Assembly (NCBI GenBank): GCA_041674705.1
Contig: JBAYVF010000001.1
Location: forward strand, 1,238 to 65,237
Direction of reading: 5' to 3'
DNA: 64,000 bases
Source of the DNA: Candidatus Omnitrophota bacterium
Lineage (GTDB): Bacteria; Omnitrophota; Omnitrophia; Omnitrophales; Aquincolibacteriaceae
The position numbers and the translations under genes were made by a program. Every line of letters begins with the position of its first letter. The first letter of the stretch is position 1. Of the stretch, positions 14,623 through 25,572 are shown one piece after another. Under the pieces are notes generated by a model. The model saw only the letters and a program-made list of their open reading frames with translations, was not told where the DNA came from and ran no database searches.

Positions 14623-17508
14623 ATGCAGACCATTTTCTTTTTTTACGGACTGGCATTCCTTATCATGGGGATCGTGATTTTTATGATGCCCAAGGAAAGG
14701 GACCTTCTGGATCTTTCGGAGGACCTTTGGCTTGTGGGGCTTTTCGGGCTTTTTCATGGGGCCAATGAATGGGTGGATCTCTTTATTCTGAGGGGATCTC
14801 CTTTTAACGTGGAGATGCTGACAGTCTTCGGGGCGTTGCTCCTTCCCTTGTCTTTTGCTCCTCTGCTTCAGTTTGGCGTACGGACCCTTTTCCGGGGCAC
14901 GCGCTCTTTTCCCGCCTTAAAGCATCTTTGGATGATCGCTCTTGCAGGGTGGGCTGTGGTGTGTTTTCTAACCTCCGGTTTTTTGCTTCCAGGAATTTTC
15001 GCGCGTTATTTCATCGGTTTTCCGGGTGCGGTCCTCACCGGGATAGGATTGTTTCGAGCGTTTTGGAAATCCGAGCGAAAAGGATTTCCGGCGACGGTTT
15101 GGGTCGGGGCGCTGGGCGTCGCAGGAGTTTTTGTCCTGTATGGAATCTTGACCGGCCTCGTGGTGCCGAAAGCCGGATTCTTCCCGGCTTTCTGGATCAA
15201 TTATCCCAACTTTATTCAGCTTACGGGCATTCCCGTGCAATTTTTCAGGATGATCTGCGCCGTTCTTTTAGCGGCCAGTTTTTTTGCTCTGGCCGGGATC
15301 TATGCGTTCAGCCCCTTGAACAAAAAAATCATAAGACGGGGGGGGATCCAACGAAAGATCACGTTATTCCTTTGGAGCTTCAGTTCCGTCGTCGCGTTAC
15401 TGACTGTTGGGCTTGTTTGTGTTTGGAGCTATCGGGCGATTTTAGGGAACATAGGGCAAGAACAATTAAAAGTGGCGCGTATGTTGTCGGTTTCTATCAA
15501 CGAATTGATCGATCAAGAAGTTGAAGAGCTTCAAGGCCATCTGACCAGTCGCGCATGGAAGCAAGCCGTGGAAGAAGCGAATCTCCGCTATAGCGCGATG
15601 TCCCCGGCCGCCATTTTAAAGAACATGGAGGAAATGGATAAGAAATGGATCTCGGGTGAAGAGGGCGGAGTCATCAAAAGTTATTTAGAAAAACTTATGA
15701 GTCTCAGGCTCAAAGATCTGGTAGCTGCGGATAAGGATATGGCCGAAATATTCCTGACCGATCGCTACGGAGGCTTGGTTGCGGCGTCAGAAAAGACAAG
15801 TGATTTTTATCAAGCGGATGAAAGTTGGTGGCAGAAGGCTTATGCCGGCGGGAAAGGGGCTGTTTTTTTGGGGGACATTGTCTTAGACGAATCCAGCGGT
15901 ACCCTGAGCATTCTTTTAGCGCTTCCTATCCGGAATGAAAACGGCGAAGTGATCGGTATATGCAAAGACTCCGTTAATGTTGAAAATCTTTTCTCGTCCC
16001 TCAAGGCCTACAGAAACGGTAAGACCGGGCATGCCTCTTTGGTCGATGCCCAAGGAAATATCGTCTACCATGAGGGCGTCCGGCCCCTCAGTGTGAAATT
16101 ATTCAGCAAAGAGGAAATGGAAAAGGTCATTCGGGAAAAGACTTTGTTGATCCGAAGCGAAGAAGGCGTCCATTCCCGTGAGATGCTTTTTACTTCCGCG
16201 GAAAGAGTGGAGGCGCCTCTTCTCCTGGAAAATGGCATTTTCTGGTATTTGTGCGTGGCTCAGGACAGGGATGAGATTTTCCAGCCCTTGAAACAGTTGG
16301 TCATCGAGGGAAGCATGCTTCTGTTGCTTCTCTTGGGACTTGTTGTTTTTTTCGGGCTTATTGTTGGAGACAGGTTTGCGAGGCCGATCCGGGAACTTCA
16401 AAAAGCGACCGAGAAGATCATGGCGGGACGCATGGATTACAAGATCGAACTTTGGACGGGAGATGAGATCCAGGAATTTGCGGAATCTTTCAACGCCATG
16501 ATCGCGGACCTCCTGGAGAAACAAAAAAGCCTGCTAAAAAGCAGGCGCGAGATCGAGGAGCTGTCCCGTGGATTAGAAGCCAAAGTGGGAGAGAGGACAA
16601 AAGATCTTTCAGAAAGTCAACGCGCGACGATGAATATTCTGGAAGATCTGACCGAAACCAACAAAAAACTGGAACAGTACACGAAGGAATTGACCCAGGC
16701 GAAAGACGAATTGGAGATGCAGGCCTGGGGGCTCCAGAGGGCGAATGATGGGATCAAGGCTCTTTATCAGGAGTTGGAAACTAAGAACGTCGATCTCGCG
16801 AAACTGAACCACCTTAAGGATGACTTCGTTTCCATCGTGGCACATGAACTCCGGAACCCGCTCGGGATCGTCCGGGAAGCTGCGGCCCTTATCCTGGACG
16901 GGCTTGTCGGCCCCGTCTCTGAGAGCCAGAAAAAATACCTCGAAATTATCAAGCGGACCGGGGAGCGGCTGATCCATATCACGACCGACCTTCTGGATCT
17001 TGCAAAGATCGAGTCCGGGAAGATCGTGCTGAATTATGAAAAGATCGATCTTTTATCCCTGGCGCGGCAGGCCTGTGAGGGGATCACCCTTCGCGCTCAA
17101 AAGAAAGGGATCGCCATCCGGGAAGATTTCCCGGGAGAAAAACTCGAGATCTCGGGCGATTTTGACAAACTCTTGCAGGTCATGGTCAACCTTTTGAGTA
17201 ATGCCTTCAAGTTCACGGAAAAAGGAAGTATCACCGTGGAGGTCAAGGATCTTGGAGACGAGGTCCGGTGCGCGGTGAAGGATACCGGCGAGGGGATTTC
17301 CGGGGAGAATCTCGCAAGACTCTTCAGTAAGTTTGAGCAATTCGGCAAGCCCAGCGTTACTTCAGAAAAAGGTTCGGGGTTGGGGCTCGTGATCTCCAAG
17401 AGCATTATCGAAGCTCATGGTGGCCGGATGGGAGCCGAAAGTGAGCTTGGAAAAGGCTCCTCATTTTTCTTTACTCTTCCCAAAATCTCTCCCCCGAAAG
17501 TAGCGTAG
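14623..17508 (+). CDS. Hybrid-architecture sensor histidine kinase (multi-TM N-domain, Cache-like, HAMP, coiled coil, HisKA, HATPase_c)
   Basis: About 7 N-terminal TM helices, HAMP (RPIRELQKATEKIMAGRMDYKIE), H-box VAHELRNPL, N-box LLSNAFKFT, G1 DTGEGI, G2 GSGLGLVISKSI. Confidence 0.88.
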   Translation: MQTIFFFYGLAFLIMGIVIFMMPKERDLLDLSEDLWLVGLFGLFHGANEWVDLFILRGSPFNVEMLTVFGALLLPLSFAPLLQFGVRTLFRGTRSFPALKHLWMIALAGWAVVCFLTSGFLLPGIFARYFIGFPGAVLTGIGLFRAFWKSERKGFPATVWVGALGVAGVFVLYGILTGLVVPKAGFFPAFWINYPNFIQLTGIPVQFFRMICAVLLAASFFALAGIYAFSPLNKKIIRRGGIQRKITLFLWSFSSVVALLTVGLVCVWSYRAILGNIGQEQLKVARMLSVSINELIDQEVEELQGHLTSRAWKQAVEEANLRYSAMSPAAILKNMEEMDKKWISGEEGGVIKSYLEKLMSLRLKDLVAADKDMAEIFLTDRYGGLVAASEKTSDFYQADESWWQKAYAGGKGAVFLGDIVLDESSGTLSILLALPIRNENGEVIGICKDSVNVENLFSSLKAYRNGKTGHASLVDAQGNIVYHEGVRPLSVKLFSKEEMEKVIREKTLLIRSEEGVHSREMLFTSAERVEAPLLLENGIFWYLCVAQDRDEIFQPLKQLVIEGSMLLLLLLGLVVFFGLIVGDRFARPIRELQKATEKIMAGRMDYKIELWTGDEIQEFAESFNAMIADLLEKQKSLLKSRREIEELSRGLEAKVGERTKDLSESQRATMNILEDLTETNKKLEQYTKELTQAKDELEMQAWGLQRANDGIKALYQELETKNVDLAKLNHLKDDFVSIVAHELRNPLGIVREAAALILDGLVGPVSESQKKYLEIIKRTGERLIHITTDLLDLAKIESGKIVLNYEKIDLLSLARQACEGITLRAQKKGIAIREDFPGEKLEISGDFDKLLQVMVNLLSNAFKFTEKGSITVEVKDLGDEVRCAVKDTGEGISGENLARLFSKFEQFGKPSVTSEKGSGLGLVISKSIIEAHGGRMGAESELGKGSSFFFTLPKISPPKVA

Positions 17509-17523
17509 GATAAGAGCGGTCAT

Positions 17524-17572
17524 AAAAAAAGCCCCCGCGCTTTCTTGCGAAAGCAAAAGCGGGGGCTTTTTT
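17524..17572. terminator. Bidirectional rho-independent terminator
   Basis: aaaaaaa-gcccccgc...gcgggggc-tttttt: a GC-rich stem flanked by an A-run and a T-run, between convergent genes. Confidence 0.75.
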
Positions 17573-17584
17573 ATACTTTCCGCT

Positions 17585-17652
17585 GTCATTCCCGCATGTA
17601 TTAAGCGGGAATCCATGTTTTTGGATCCCCGATTTAAGCATTCGGGGATGAC
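17585..17652. repeat. Nested-hairpin repeat element, copy a (GTCATTCCCGC...GCGGGAATCC...GGATCCCCGA...TCGGGGATGAC)
   Basis: Same architecture and core words as the copies at 21806-21866 and 52705-52770. Confidence 0.8.
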
Positions 17653-17658
17653 ATTTTT

Positions 17659-19290
17659 TTATTCGATGCTTCCCGAATAATTCGAGGATTTTTTCTTATC
17701 CTCATCCTTCTTTTCCTTGGGTTTTTCCGCGATCACGCATTCGGTCGTGAGGATGAGCCCGGCGATCGAGCAGGCATTCTCCACCGCGATGCGAACGACT
17801 TTGGCGGGGTCAATGACCTTGTCTTCGACGAGGTCGCTGTACTCGCAAGTCTGAGCGTTGAATCCGAATGCGCCCTTGCCCTCAAGGATCTTTTTCACAA
17901 CGACCGATCCATCCACGCCGGCGTTGTGGGCGATCTTGCGGGCCGGTTCCTGAAGCGCGCGACGAACGATCTGGACGCCGGTAGCTTCATCGCCTGAGGA
18001 CTTCAGATCATCCAGCGAGGCAATAGAACGCAAAAGAGCGACGCCGCCGCCCGGGACGATGCCTTCTTCGATGGCCGCACGGGTCGCGTGCAAAGCGTCC
18101 TCGATACGGGCCTTCATCTCTTTCATCTCGACTTCGGTGGCCGCGCCAACCTTCACAACAGCGACGCCGCCGGAAAGTTTCGCGAGACGTTCCTTAAGCT
18201 TTTCTTTGTCATACTCCGAGTCGGAGCGTTCGATCTCCGCCTTGATCTGATCGCAGCGTCCCTTGATGTCCTTCTGGGTGCCGGCGCTTCCGACGATCGT
18301 GGTGTTGTCCTTGTCGATCACCACGCGCTGGGCCGTGCCGAGCATCTCAAGGTCCACGTTCTCGAGTTTCACACCGAGATCTTCGGAGATGAACTTGCCT
18401 TTGGTGATGATCGCGATATCTTCCATCAGGGCCTTGCGGCGATCCCCGAATCCGGGGGCCTTCACGGCCGCGATCTGAAGCACGCCGCGGATCTTGTTCA
18501 CCACCAAGGTGGCGAGCGCTTCACCTTCGATATCTTCCGAGATAATGAGAAGGGGCTTACCGAGGCGCGCCACTTTCTCCAGGACAGGGACGAGATCCTT
18601 TACGGAACTGACTTTTTTCTCGTAAAGCAGGATGTAAGGTTCCTTCAAGACCACTTCCATCCGCTCGGCATCGGTCACAAAATAAGGTGACAAATAGCCG
18701 CGGTCGAATTGCATGCCTTCGACGACGTCGAGCTCGGTCTTGAGGCCTTTGGCTTCTTCAACCGTGATCACGCCTTCTTTGCCGACTTTTTCCAGGGCAT
18801 CCGCCAGAAGCTGGCCGATACTCTGGTCGTTATTGGCGCTGATGGCGCCGACGGCGGTGATGTCTTCTTTGCCCTTGACGGCCTTGGACATTTTCTTGAT
18901 GGTTTCCACGATCTTGGCCGAGGCTTTGTCGATCCCGCGTTTCAGGGCCATGGGATTGGCGCCGGCGGTGACGTTCTTGAGGCCTTCGGACACGATGGAT
19001 TGGGCCAGGACCGTTGCGGTCGTGGTGCCGTCCCCGGCGTTATCCGAGGTTTTTTCCGCGACTTCACGGACCATTTGGGCGCCCATATTTTCATACGGGT
19101 CCTTCAAGTCAATTTCTTTGGCGACCGTGACGCCGTCCTTGGTGACGAGCGGCGCGCCGAACTTTTTATCGATCACCACATTGCGGCCGCGGGGACCGAG
19201 CGTGACGCTGACAGCCCTTGCGAGGATGTCGACGCCGCGTTTGATCTTCTGGCGCGCTTCTTCTGAATACGAGATAAGTTTTGCCATCAC
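17659..19290 (-). CDS. groEL: Chaperonin GroEL (paralog 1, no GGM tail)
   Basis: Cpn60 signatures [14 protein letters not shown] and [19 protein letters not shown]. The C-terminus is [21 protein letters not shown]. Lies immediately downstream of groES. Confidence 0.95.
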   Translation of the reverse strand: MMAKLISYSEEARQKIKRGVDILARAVSVTLGPRGRNVVIDKKFGAPLVTKDGVTVAKEIDLKDPYENMGAQMVREVAEKTSDNAGDGTTTATVLAQSIVSEGLKNVTAGANPMALKRGIDKASAKIVETIKKMSKAVKGKEDITAVGAISANNDQSIGQLLADALEKVGKEGVITVEEAKGLKTELDVVEGMQFDRGYLSPYFVTDAERMEVVLKEPYILLYEKKVSSVKDLVPVLEKVARLGKPLLIISEDIEGEALATLVVNKIRGVLQIAAVKAPGFGDRRKALMEDIAIITKGKFISEDLGVKLENVDLEMLGTAQRVVIDKDNTTIVGSAGTQKDIKGRCDQIKAEIERSDSEYDKEKLKERLAKLSGGVAVVKVGAATEVEMKEMKARIEDALHATRAAIEEGIVPGGGVALLRSIASLDDLKSSGDEATGVQIVRRALQEPARKIAHNAGVDGSVVVKKILEGKGAFGFNAQTCEYSDLVEDKVIDPAKVVRIAVENACSIAGLILTTECVIAEKPKEKKDEDKKKSSNYSGSIE

Positions 19291-19308
19291 TAACTCCTTT
19301 GGTTAATT

Positions 19309-19420
19309 TCCAATAACCAAGATACAAGCACCAATCAAATTCCAATCACCAAGAACCAATTATTTTGAAATTTTGTCATTGGGATTTGTTTGGTTATTGT
19401 TTCTTGTGATTTGGTTATTT
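19309..19420. repeat. Long imperfect palindrome, CCAA/TTGG word family, copy 1
   Basis: Left arm tccaataaccaagatacaagcaccaatcaaattccaatcaccaagaaccaat, right arm attgggatttgtttggttattgtttcttgtgatttggttatt. Lies in the groES-groEL1 spacer. Confidence 0.8.
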
Positions 19421-19711
19421 TTCTGATTCGTAAACTGCTAAAATTTCGCTCTCTTTGACGATCTTGTGCTTTGCGCCATCGATCAAGATGTCGTCGCCGG
19501 AATATTTCCCGAAGAGCACGCGATCGCCTTTTTTGACTTCAATAGGCTGGACTTTGCCGGATTCGAGCACTTTCCCCGTGCCGACCGCGATCACCTTGCC
19601 TTCGGTCTTCTCTTCTTTCGCGGTATCCGGGAGGATGATGCCGCCCTTGGTCTTTGCTTCCGCTTCAAGCACTTCCACAAGCACTCTGTCTGCTAACGGT
19701 CTGACTTTCAT
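19415..19711 (-). CDS. groES: Co-chaperonin GroES
   Basis: MKVRPLADRVLV...GGIILPDTAKEK...GKVIAVG with SD AAAGGAG. The track ORF is extended 25 codons upstream without support. Confidence 0.93.
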   Translation of the reverse strand: MKVRPLADRVLVEVLEAEAKTKGGIILPDTAKEEKTEGKVIAVGTGKVLESGKVQPIEVKKGDRVLFGKYSGDDILIDGAKHKIVKESEILAVYESEK

Positions 19712-19735
19712 TTTGGATTCTCCTTTAATGAGCAC

Positions 19736-19767
19736 GTGACTTACGGAACGAAGTGTGCGTAAGTCAC
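19736..19767 (-). promoter_or_regulatory. Perfect 10-bp inverted repeat GTGACTTACG-N12-CGTAAGTCAC upstream of groES
   Basis: The arms extend imperfectly to about 14 bp. The repeat ends about 8 nt upstream of the groES SD on the minus strand. Not a CIRCE sequence. Confidence 0.5.
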
Positions 19768-19778
19768 TGTGCGAATTG

Positions 19779-20045
19779 AACCCCACACCCAGCCTTAGCT
19801 TAAGGACCGCTTGATCCGCTGCTTTAAGGCCGTCAGTGCTTGGGCATAATGTTTAAATCTTCTCTCACGATCCCTCGCATCGGCTTCAGACATGTAAGCT
19901 TCATAATACTTAAGCTCCCATGATCCTTTGGCCTGGTGCTCGGTCATTCTCCTTTTCAGGTTATTGCTATACCCGTAGTACAGGTCTTGAGTTTTTTTGT
20001 TTTTTAAAACGTATACGTAATACATGTCAAGCTGGGTGTGGGGTT
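19779..20045 (-). mobile_element. GIY-YIG ORF cassette bounded by a perfect 15-bp inverted repeat (possible small mobile or selfish insert)
   Basis: aaccccacacccagc (19779-19793) and gctgggtgtggggtt (20031-20045) bracket the 231-bp ORF within 2-5 nt of its stop and start codons. Confidence 0.35.
19795..20025 (-). CDS. GIY-YIG nuclease family protein (small, stand-alone)
   Basis: MYYVYVLKNKKTQDLYYGYSNNLKRRMTEH...E: GIY/YIG-type beta strands plus conserved Arg and Glu spacing. No obvious SD upstream. Confidence 0.7.
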   Translation of the reverse strand: MYYVYVLKNKKTQDLYYGYSNNLKRRMTEHQAKGSWELKYYEAYMSEADARDRERRFKHYAQALTALKQRIKRSLS

Positions 20046-20103
20046 AATTCGGACTTATCACTTAGCTCTCCGCCGGTAGCGGATTCGCTAAGTGATGTCC
20101 TCA

Positions 20104-21951
<1,848 letters not shown>

Positions 21952-22024
21952 TTATTCTATTCGGCGGGCCAATAAAATCAAGGGAATTTTTGGAAAATCA
22001 GTACGCCGTACGCCTTACTCCGTA

Positions 22025-22777
22025 CTAGGCTTTACTTCGAAAGAGGGCGAGGAGAGACTTGATGGAATGCTTCGGATCGATGGTATCGATGAGTCTGGTG
22101 TAGGGACGGATCACTTCGGCAAAGCCGCCTGTGGCCAGGACCCGAAGGTTCTTTCCGTACCGCTTGCGGAACCTTTGGATCAGCTCATCGGTCATGGCGC
22201 CATACCCCTCCAGGATCCCGGATTCCATACATTCGCGGGCATTCCTCCCGAGGAAGGTTTTTGCCGTCTTTGGCATGGGGAGTTCCTTTGGAAGTAGGGC
22301 GGCCCTCTGGCCGAGCGCTCTATAGGCGGTTTCAGGTCCCGGGATGATCATTCCACCCAGGAAAACCCCCTTGGAGTCAATGTAGTCGAATGTAATGGCC
22401 GTTCCGTAGTCGATTACAAGCATTGGGAGGCGATACATCCGGCCAGCACCGTAAATATTCACCTTCCTGTCAACGCCTAAGTTATTGTAGTTACTATACT
22501 TATGCCGTATTTTTATCGGAGTATTGCCCCCAACAACCCATGATTTCACACCCTTGATGCTTTGTAATTTACACTTCAAAAAGTCGGTCATTTTAGGGAA
22601 AACAGAGCTTATAATGACGTCTAAACAGAAATTCTTACCACTTTTAGCTATTTTAGAGGCATATTTTGGGATATTACTATAATACATGGATCCAAAGTCA
22701 ACCAAACGGCCTCCTTCGTAGAAACCGACCGTGGCGGCTGTGTTTCCTATATCAATAGCCAGTATACGTTTCATCAT
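22025..22777 (-). CDS. coaX: Type III pantothenate kinase
   Basis: LAIDIGNT, GVDR, VIDYGTAITFD, GGMIIPG. Adjacent to birA, as in many bacteria. Confidence 0.88.
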   Translation of the reverse strand: MMKRILAIDIGNTAATVGFYEGGRLVDFGSMYYSNIPKYASKIAKSGKNFCLDVIISSVFPKMTDFLKCKLQSIKGVKSWVVGGNTPIKIRHKYSNYNNLGVDRKVNIYGAGRMYRLPMLVIDYGTAITFDYIDSKGVFLGGMIIPGPETAYRALGQRAALLPKELPMPKTAKTFLGRNARECMESGILEGYGAMTDELIQRFRKRYGKNLRVLATGGFAEVIRPYTRLIDTIDPKHSIKSLLALFRSKA

Positions 22778-22874
22778 GCTCTCTTTCTTCCATTTGACCG
22801 ATCCAACCTCGGAGGTCGGATCGGTTATGATTTACCACTTAAGCTCCCAAAAACAAACAATTCTGGGATGATGG

Positions 22875-23429
22875 TCACTTTATAGGTGTGTTTTTATATA
22901 AATCGTCGCATTTCTGACCCAATTCAAGAAGAATATGGCCAAGAACTTCATCGATGGGATACTCTTTATGCGTAAGAGCCCGCATCGAGATTCCCTCAGG
23001 GGGAAGCTCGCCGGTTTCCGCGTTCACATTGAGCCCGATCCCGATAACGACCGCCTCAAGCTTCGAGGGGGTGGATACCGCCTCGACCAAGGTGCCGCAG
23101 ATCTTCCGGGAACCCACCATGACGTCATTGGGCCGCTTGAATTCGGAGTCGATAGCATACTTCTCTTTCAAGACTTTGGCAACCGCCCGGCAGGCGATCT
23201 GGGTGAGCATGGGGGCTTGGGCTTGTGTAAGGGGCGGCCGCAGAAGGATCGAGCAAAGAAGATTTTTCCCCGCGGGAGAAAGCCATTGCCGGCCGGGTTT
23301 GCCGCGGCCCGAGGTTTGGTGGTCCGAGACGATGACGAGTCCTTCCGGGGCGCCTTGTTTGGCTTCTTCTAGGGCGACGGTATTGGTCGACGAAACTTCG
23401 GGGATGTGGCGGATTTGGAAATGAATCAT
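22875..23429 (-). CDS. birA: Biotin--[acetyl-CoA-carboxylase] ligase (class I, no HTH)
   Basis: SSTNTVA...HQTSGRGKPGRQW (GRGRxGRxW-type loop). The start is taken at MIHFQI because the upstream 16 codons of the track ORF translate the CCAA repeat. Confidence 0.8.
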   Translation of the reverse strand: MIHFQIRHIPEVSSTNTVALEEAKQGAPEGLVIVSDHQTSGRGKPGRQWLSPAGKNLLCSILLRPPLTQAQAPMLTQIACRAVAKVLKEKYAIDSEFKRPNDVMVGSRKICGTLVEAVSTPSKLEAVVIGIGLNVNAETGELPPEGISMRALTHKEYPIDEVLGHILLELGQKCDDLYKNTPIK

Positions 23430-23440
23430 GGCTTCAAATT

Positions 23441-23553
23441 TCCAATAATCAAGAAACAAGCACCAAATAAATTCCAATTTTCAAAATTCAATAAGAACTC
23501 GCTTAATTCTTGGGTTTTGGTTATTGATCTTTGCTTGGTTATTGTATCTTGGA
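23441..23553. repeat. CCAA/TTGG palindrome family, copy 2
   Basis: tccaataatcaagaaacaagcaccaaataaattccaatt ... tgggttttggttattgatctttgcttggttattgtatcttgga. Confidence 0.8.
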
Positions 23554-23566
23554 GCTTAGGATTTTT

Positions 23567-24697
23567 TTAAATAACAATGCGCGGCAAATGCGGATTTAAG
23601 CGCGTCACGATCTCATAAGGAATGGTTCCGGCCCATGCCGCGATCTCTTCGGCCGTGATGCGCTCATTCTGATCTTCACCGAGGAGCGTGACCGTATCGC
23701 CTTCCTTGGCTTCGGTGGTTCCCAGGTTCACGGCGATATAATCCATCGAGACCTTGCCGGCGAGGGGATAGCGTTTGCCATGAAAAAGAACGGAAGCTTT
23801 TTTCCATGCCGCATAGGGGTAGCCATGGCTATAACCCAAGGGGAGTATAGCGATCGTGGTATCCTTTTTCGCTACAAATTCGCGGCCATATCCTACGGAT
23901 TCTCCGGCACGGACTTTTTTGACAAGGGTAATGCGGCTTTTGAGAGACAGTACCGGCTCTAAATGAGCCGTGTCTTTTAATCCCGGATCCGGGTAGATGC
24001 CATAAAGTGAAAGGCCCGGGCGGATCATGTTGAAGAAAGGGGTTTTTAAGGTCAATGTCGCGGCGCTATTGGTGGCGTGACGGAACCGGAACACGATATT
24101 TTTTTCCTCAAGCACCTGAAGCAGTATTCCGAATTTCCGGACCTGCGTATCCCGAAAGGAATCATCCTTTTCAGCGGTCGGGAAATGCATATAAATGCCG
24201 TCGAGCATAAGGCCCTTAAGTCGCGTCATTTCCTCTATAGAAGAGGCCGCTTCACGGACCGGGATTCCCATGCGCCCCATCCCCGTGTCGATCTTCACAT
24301 GGACCGAAGTTTTGCGGCCCAGATCCTCCGAAAGGTCCGAGATCTCACGGGCTTTTTCAAAGCTTGAAACGCTTAAAGTGATGCCCCCCAGGAGTGCTGC
24401 CGAGAGCTCATGGGAAAACAAATGTCCGAAGAGGAAGACGGGGGTTTGGGGATGGTGCTCTTTAAGGTCGAGAGCTTCCCGGAGCGTGGCCACGCCAAAA
24501 TAGGTGACCTTCCCGGCGAGGGCGCCTGCGATCTCCCGGAGACCGTGGCCGTAGGCGTTTGCTTTGATGACCGCCAGAACATCCGTTTGTCCGGAATGTT
24601 GCTGAAGCGTATTGAGGTTTTTAAGAAGGGCATCCGCGCGAAGTTCGATCCAGGCGCTATGCTGAATCCGGGATGTGTGTTGTTTAAGTTCGGGCAT
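23567..24697 (-). CDS. alr: Alanine racemase
   Basis: PLP-lysine motif AVIKANAYGHG; C-terminal beta-domain pattern ...GDTVTLLG...YEIVTRL. Confidence 0.9.
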   Translation of the reverse strand: MPELKQHTSRIQHSAWIELRADALLKNLNTLQQHSGQTDVLAVIKANAYGHGLREIAGALAGKVTYFGVATLREALDLKEHHPQTPVFLFGHLFSHELSAALLGGITLSVSSFEKAREISDLSEDLGRKTSVHVKIDTGMGRMGIPVREAASSIEEMTRLKGLMLDGIYMHFPTAEKDDSFRDTQVRKFGILLQVLEEKNIVFRFRHATNSAATLTLKTPFFNMIRPGLSLYGIYPDPGLKDTAHLEPVLSLKSRITLVKKVRAGESVGYGREFVAKKDTTIAILPLGYSHGYPYAAWKKASVLFHGKRYPLAGKVSMDYIAVNLGTTEAKEGDTVTLLGEDQNERITAEEIAAWAGTIPYEIVTRLNPHLPRIVI

Positions 24698-25400
24698 TTT
24701 TTCTCTTTTCCGCCAATTTTTCTTCCGGTTCGGAACGACGCAAGTAAACCGGCAAAAATTCTTTGGGACGCTTCAGTTGTTTAAGAAGCGGGTTCTTTGT
24801 CTCAAAGAGTTCGATCAAGGTTGCCGCCCGGGGGGCCCAGCATTTCTCCGGCGTCACGACAAAACCTTTATCCGCAAGCTTGGCGATTCCATCGCCGACG
24901 ATCCGGCTTCCCTGAGAAAGCTCCGAGGCCATTTCGTCGAGCGGTACCACGCGGGACGGGCCACAGGCCACCCATCCTTTTCTATGATAACGGTACGAAC
25001 GAGTGTAAAGTTTACCACGTCTTGCGTCCACGCACACGGCGAGATTTGAGGGCGTTTTTTCTTTAATTCCGGCCGCGATCACGTCGAGGGAAAAGGCGCC
25101 ATAGCAGGGTTTGGGACAGGTCGCGAGGAAGCCCTTGAGCGTGGCGAAACCGATACGTAGTCCCGTGAAAGACCCGGGCCCGCGGCTGATGAGATAGACG
25201 TTAATGTCCCCGATCTTTAGTTTTTCTTTTTTAAGAAGGCGGTCAATCACGGGAAGGAGATTCTCCGCGTGTTTCATATAACCTTGGACGGTCGCATGGC
25301 GGAGCTTCGCCCCGCTTTTCTTGATCGCAACGCTCAAAGTAGGACTTGAGGTTTCAATGGCGAGTAAATTCATAAGACGCATTCTATTCAGAATGAGCAA
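24684..25400 (-). CDS. tsaB: tRNA t6A biosynthesis protein TsaB (YeaZ)
   Basis: LAIETSS, SRGPGSFTGLRIG. An alternative start lies at 25373 (MNLLAIETS). Confidence 0.8.
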   Translation of the reverse strand: MLILNRMRLMNLLAIETSSPTLSVAIKKSGAKLRHATVQGYMKHAENLLPVIDRLLKKEKLKIGDINVYLISRGPGSFTGLRIGFATLKGFLATCPKPCYGAFSLDVIAAGIKEKTPSNLAVCVDARRGKLYTRSYRYHRKGWVACGPSRVVPLDEMASELSQGSRIVGDGIAKLADKGFVVTPEKCWAPRAATLIELFETKNPLLKQLKRPKEFLPVYLRRSEPEEKLAEKRKNART

Positions 25401-25498
25401 AAAAGAAATGCTTATGAATAGGATGGCGGAGGGCGGATGGAGGGTGAAATCAAAGCTGGTTTCTCTTCACCCGTCATCCGGATAGCCTCATCTTGTTT

Positions 25499-25525
25499 CA
25501 CGAACGTGATTTCGTGGGGTATAAT
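25499..25525 (+). promoter_or_regulatory. Putative promoter -10 (TATAAT) with an overlapping 6-bp inverted repeat CACGAA-N6-TTCGTG
   Basis: tataat at 25520-25525; the inverted repeat at 25499-25516 sits just upstream. About 50 nt before the YHS-protein start. Confidence 0.35.
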
Positions 25526-25572
25526 GCGGCGTGGGTATGAAAAAGGAAGCTGACCATGAGGAGGATTCAAAA

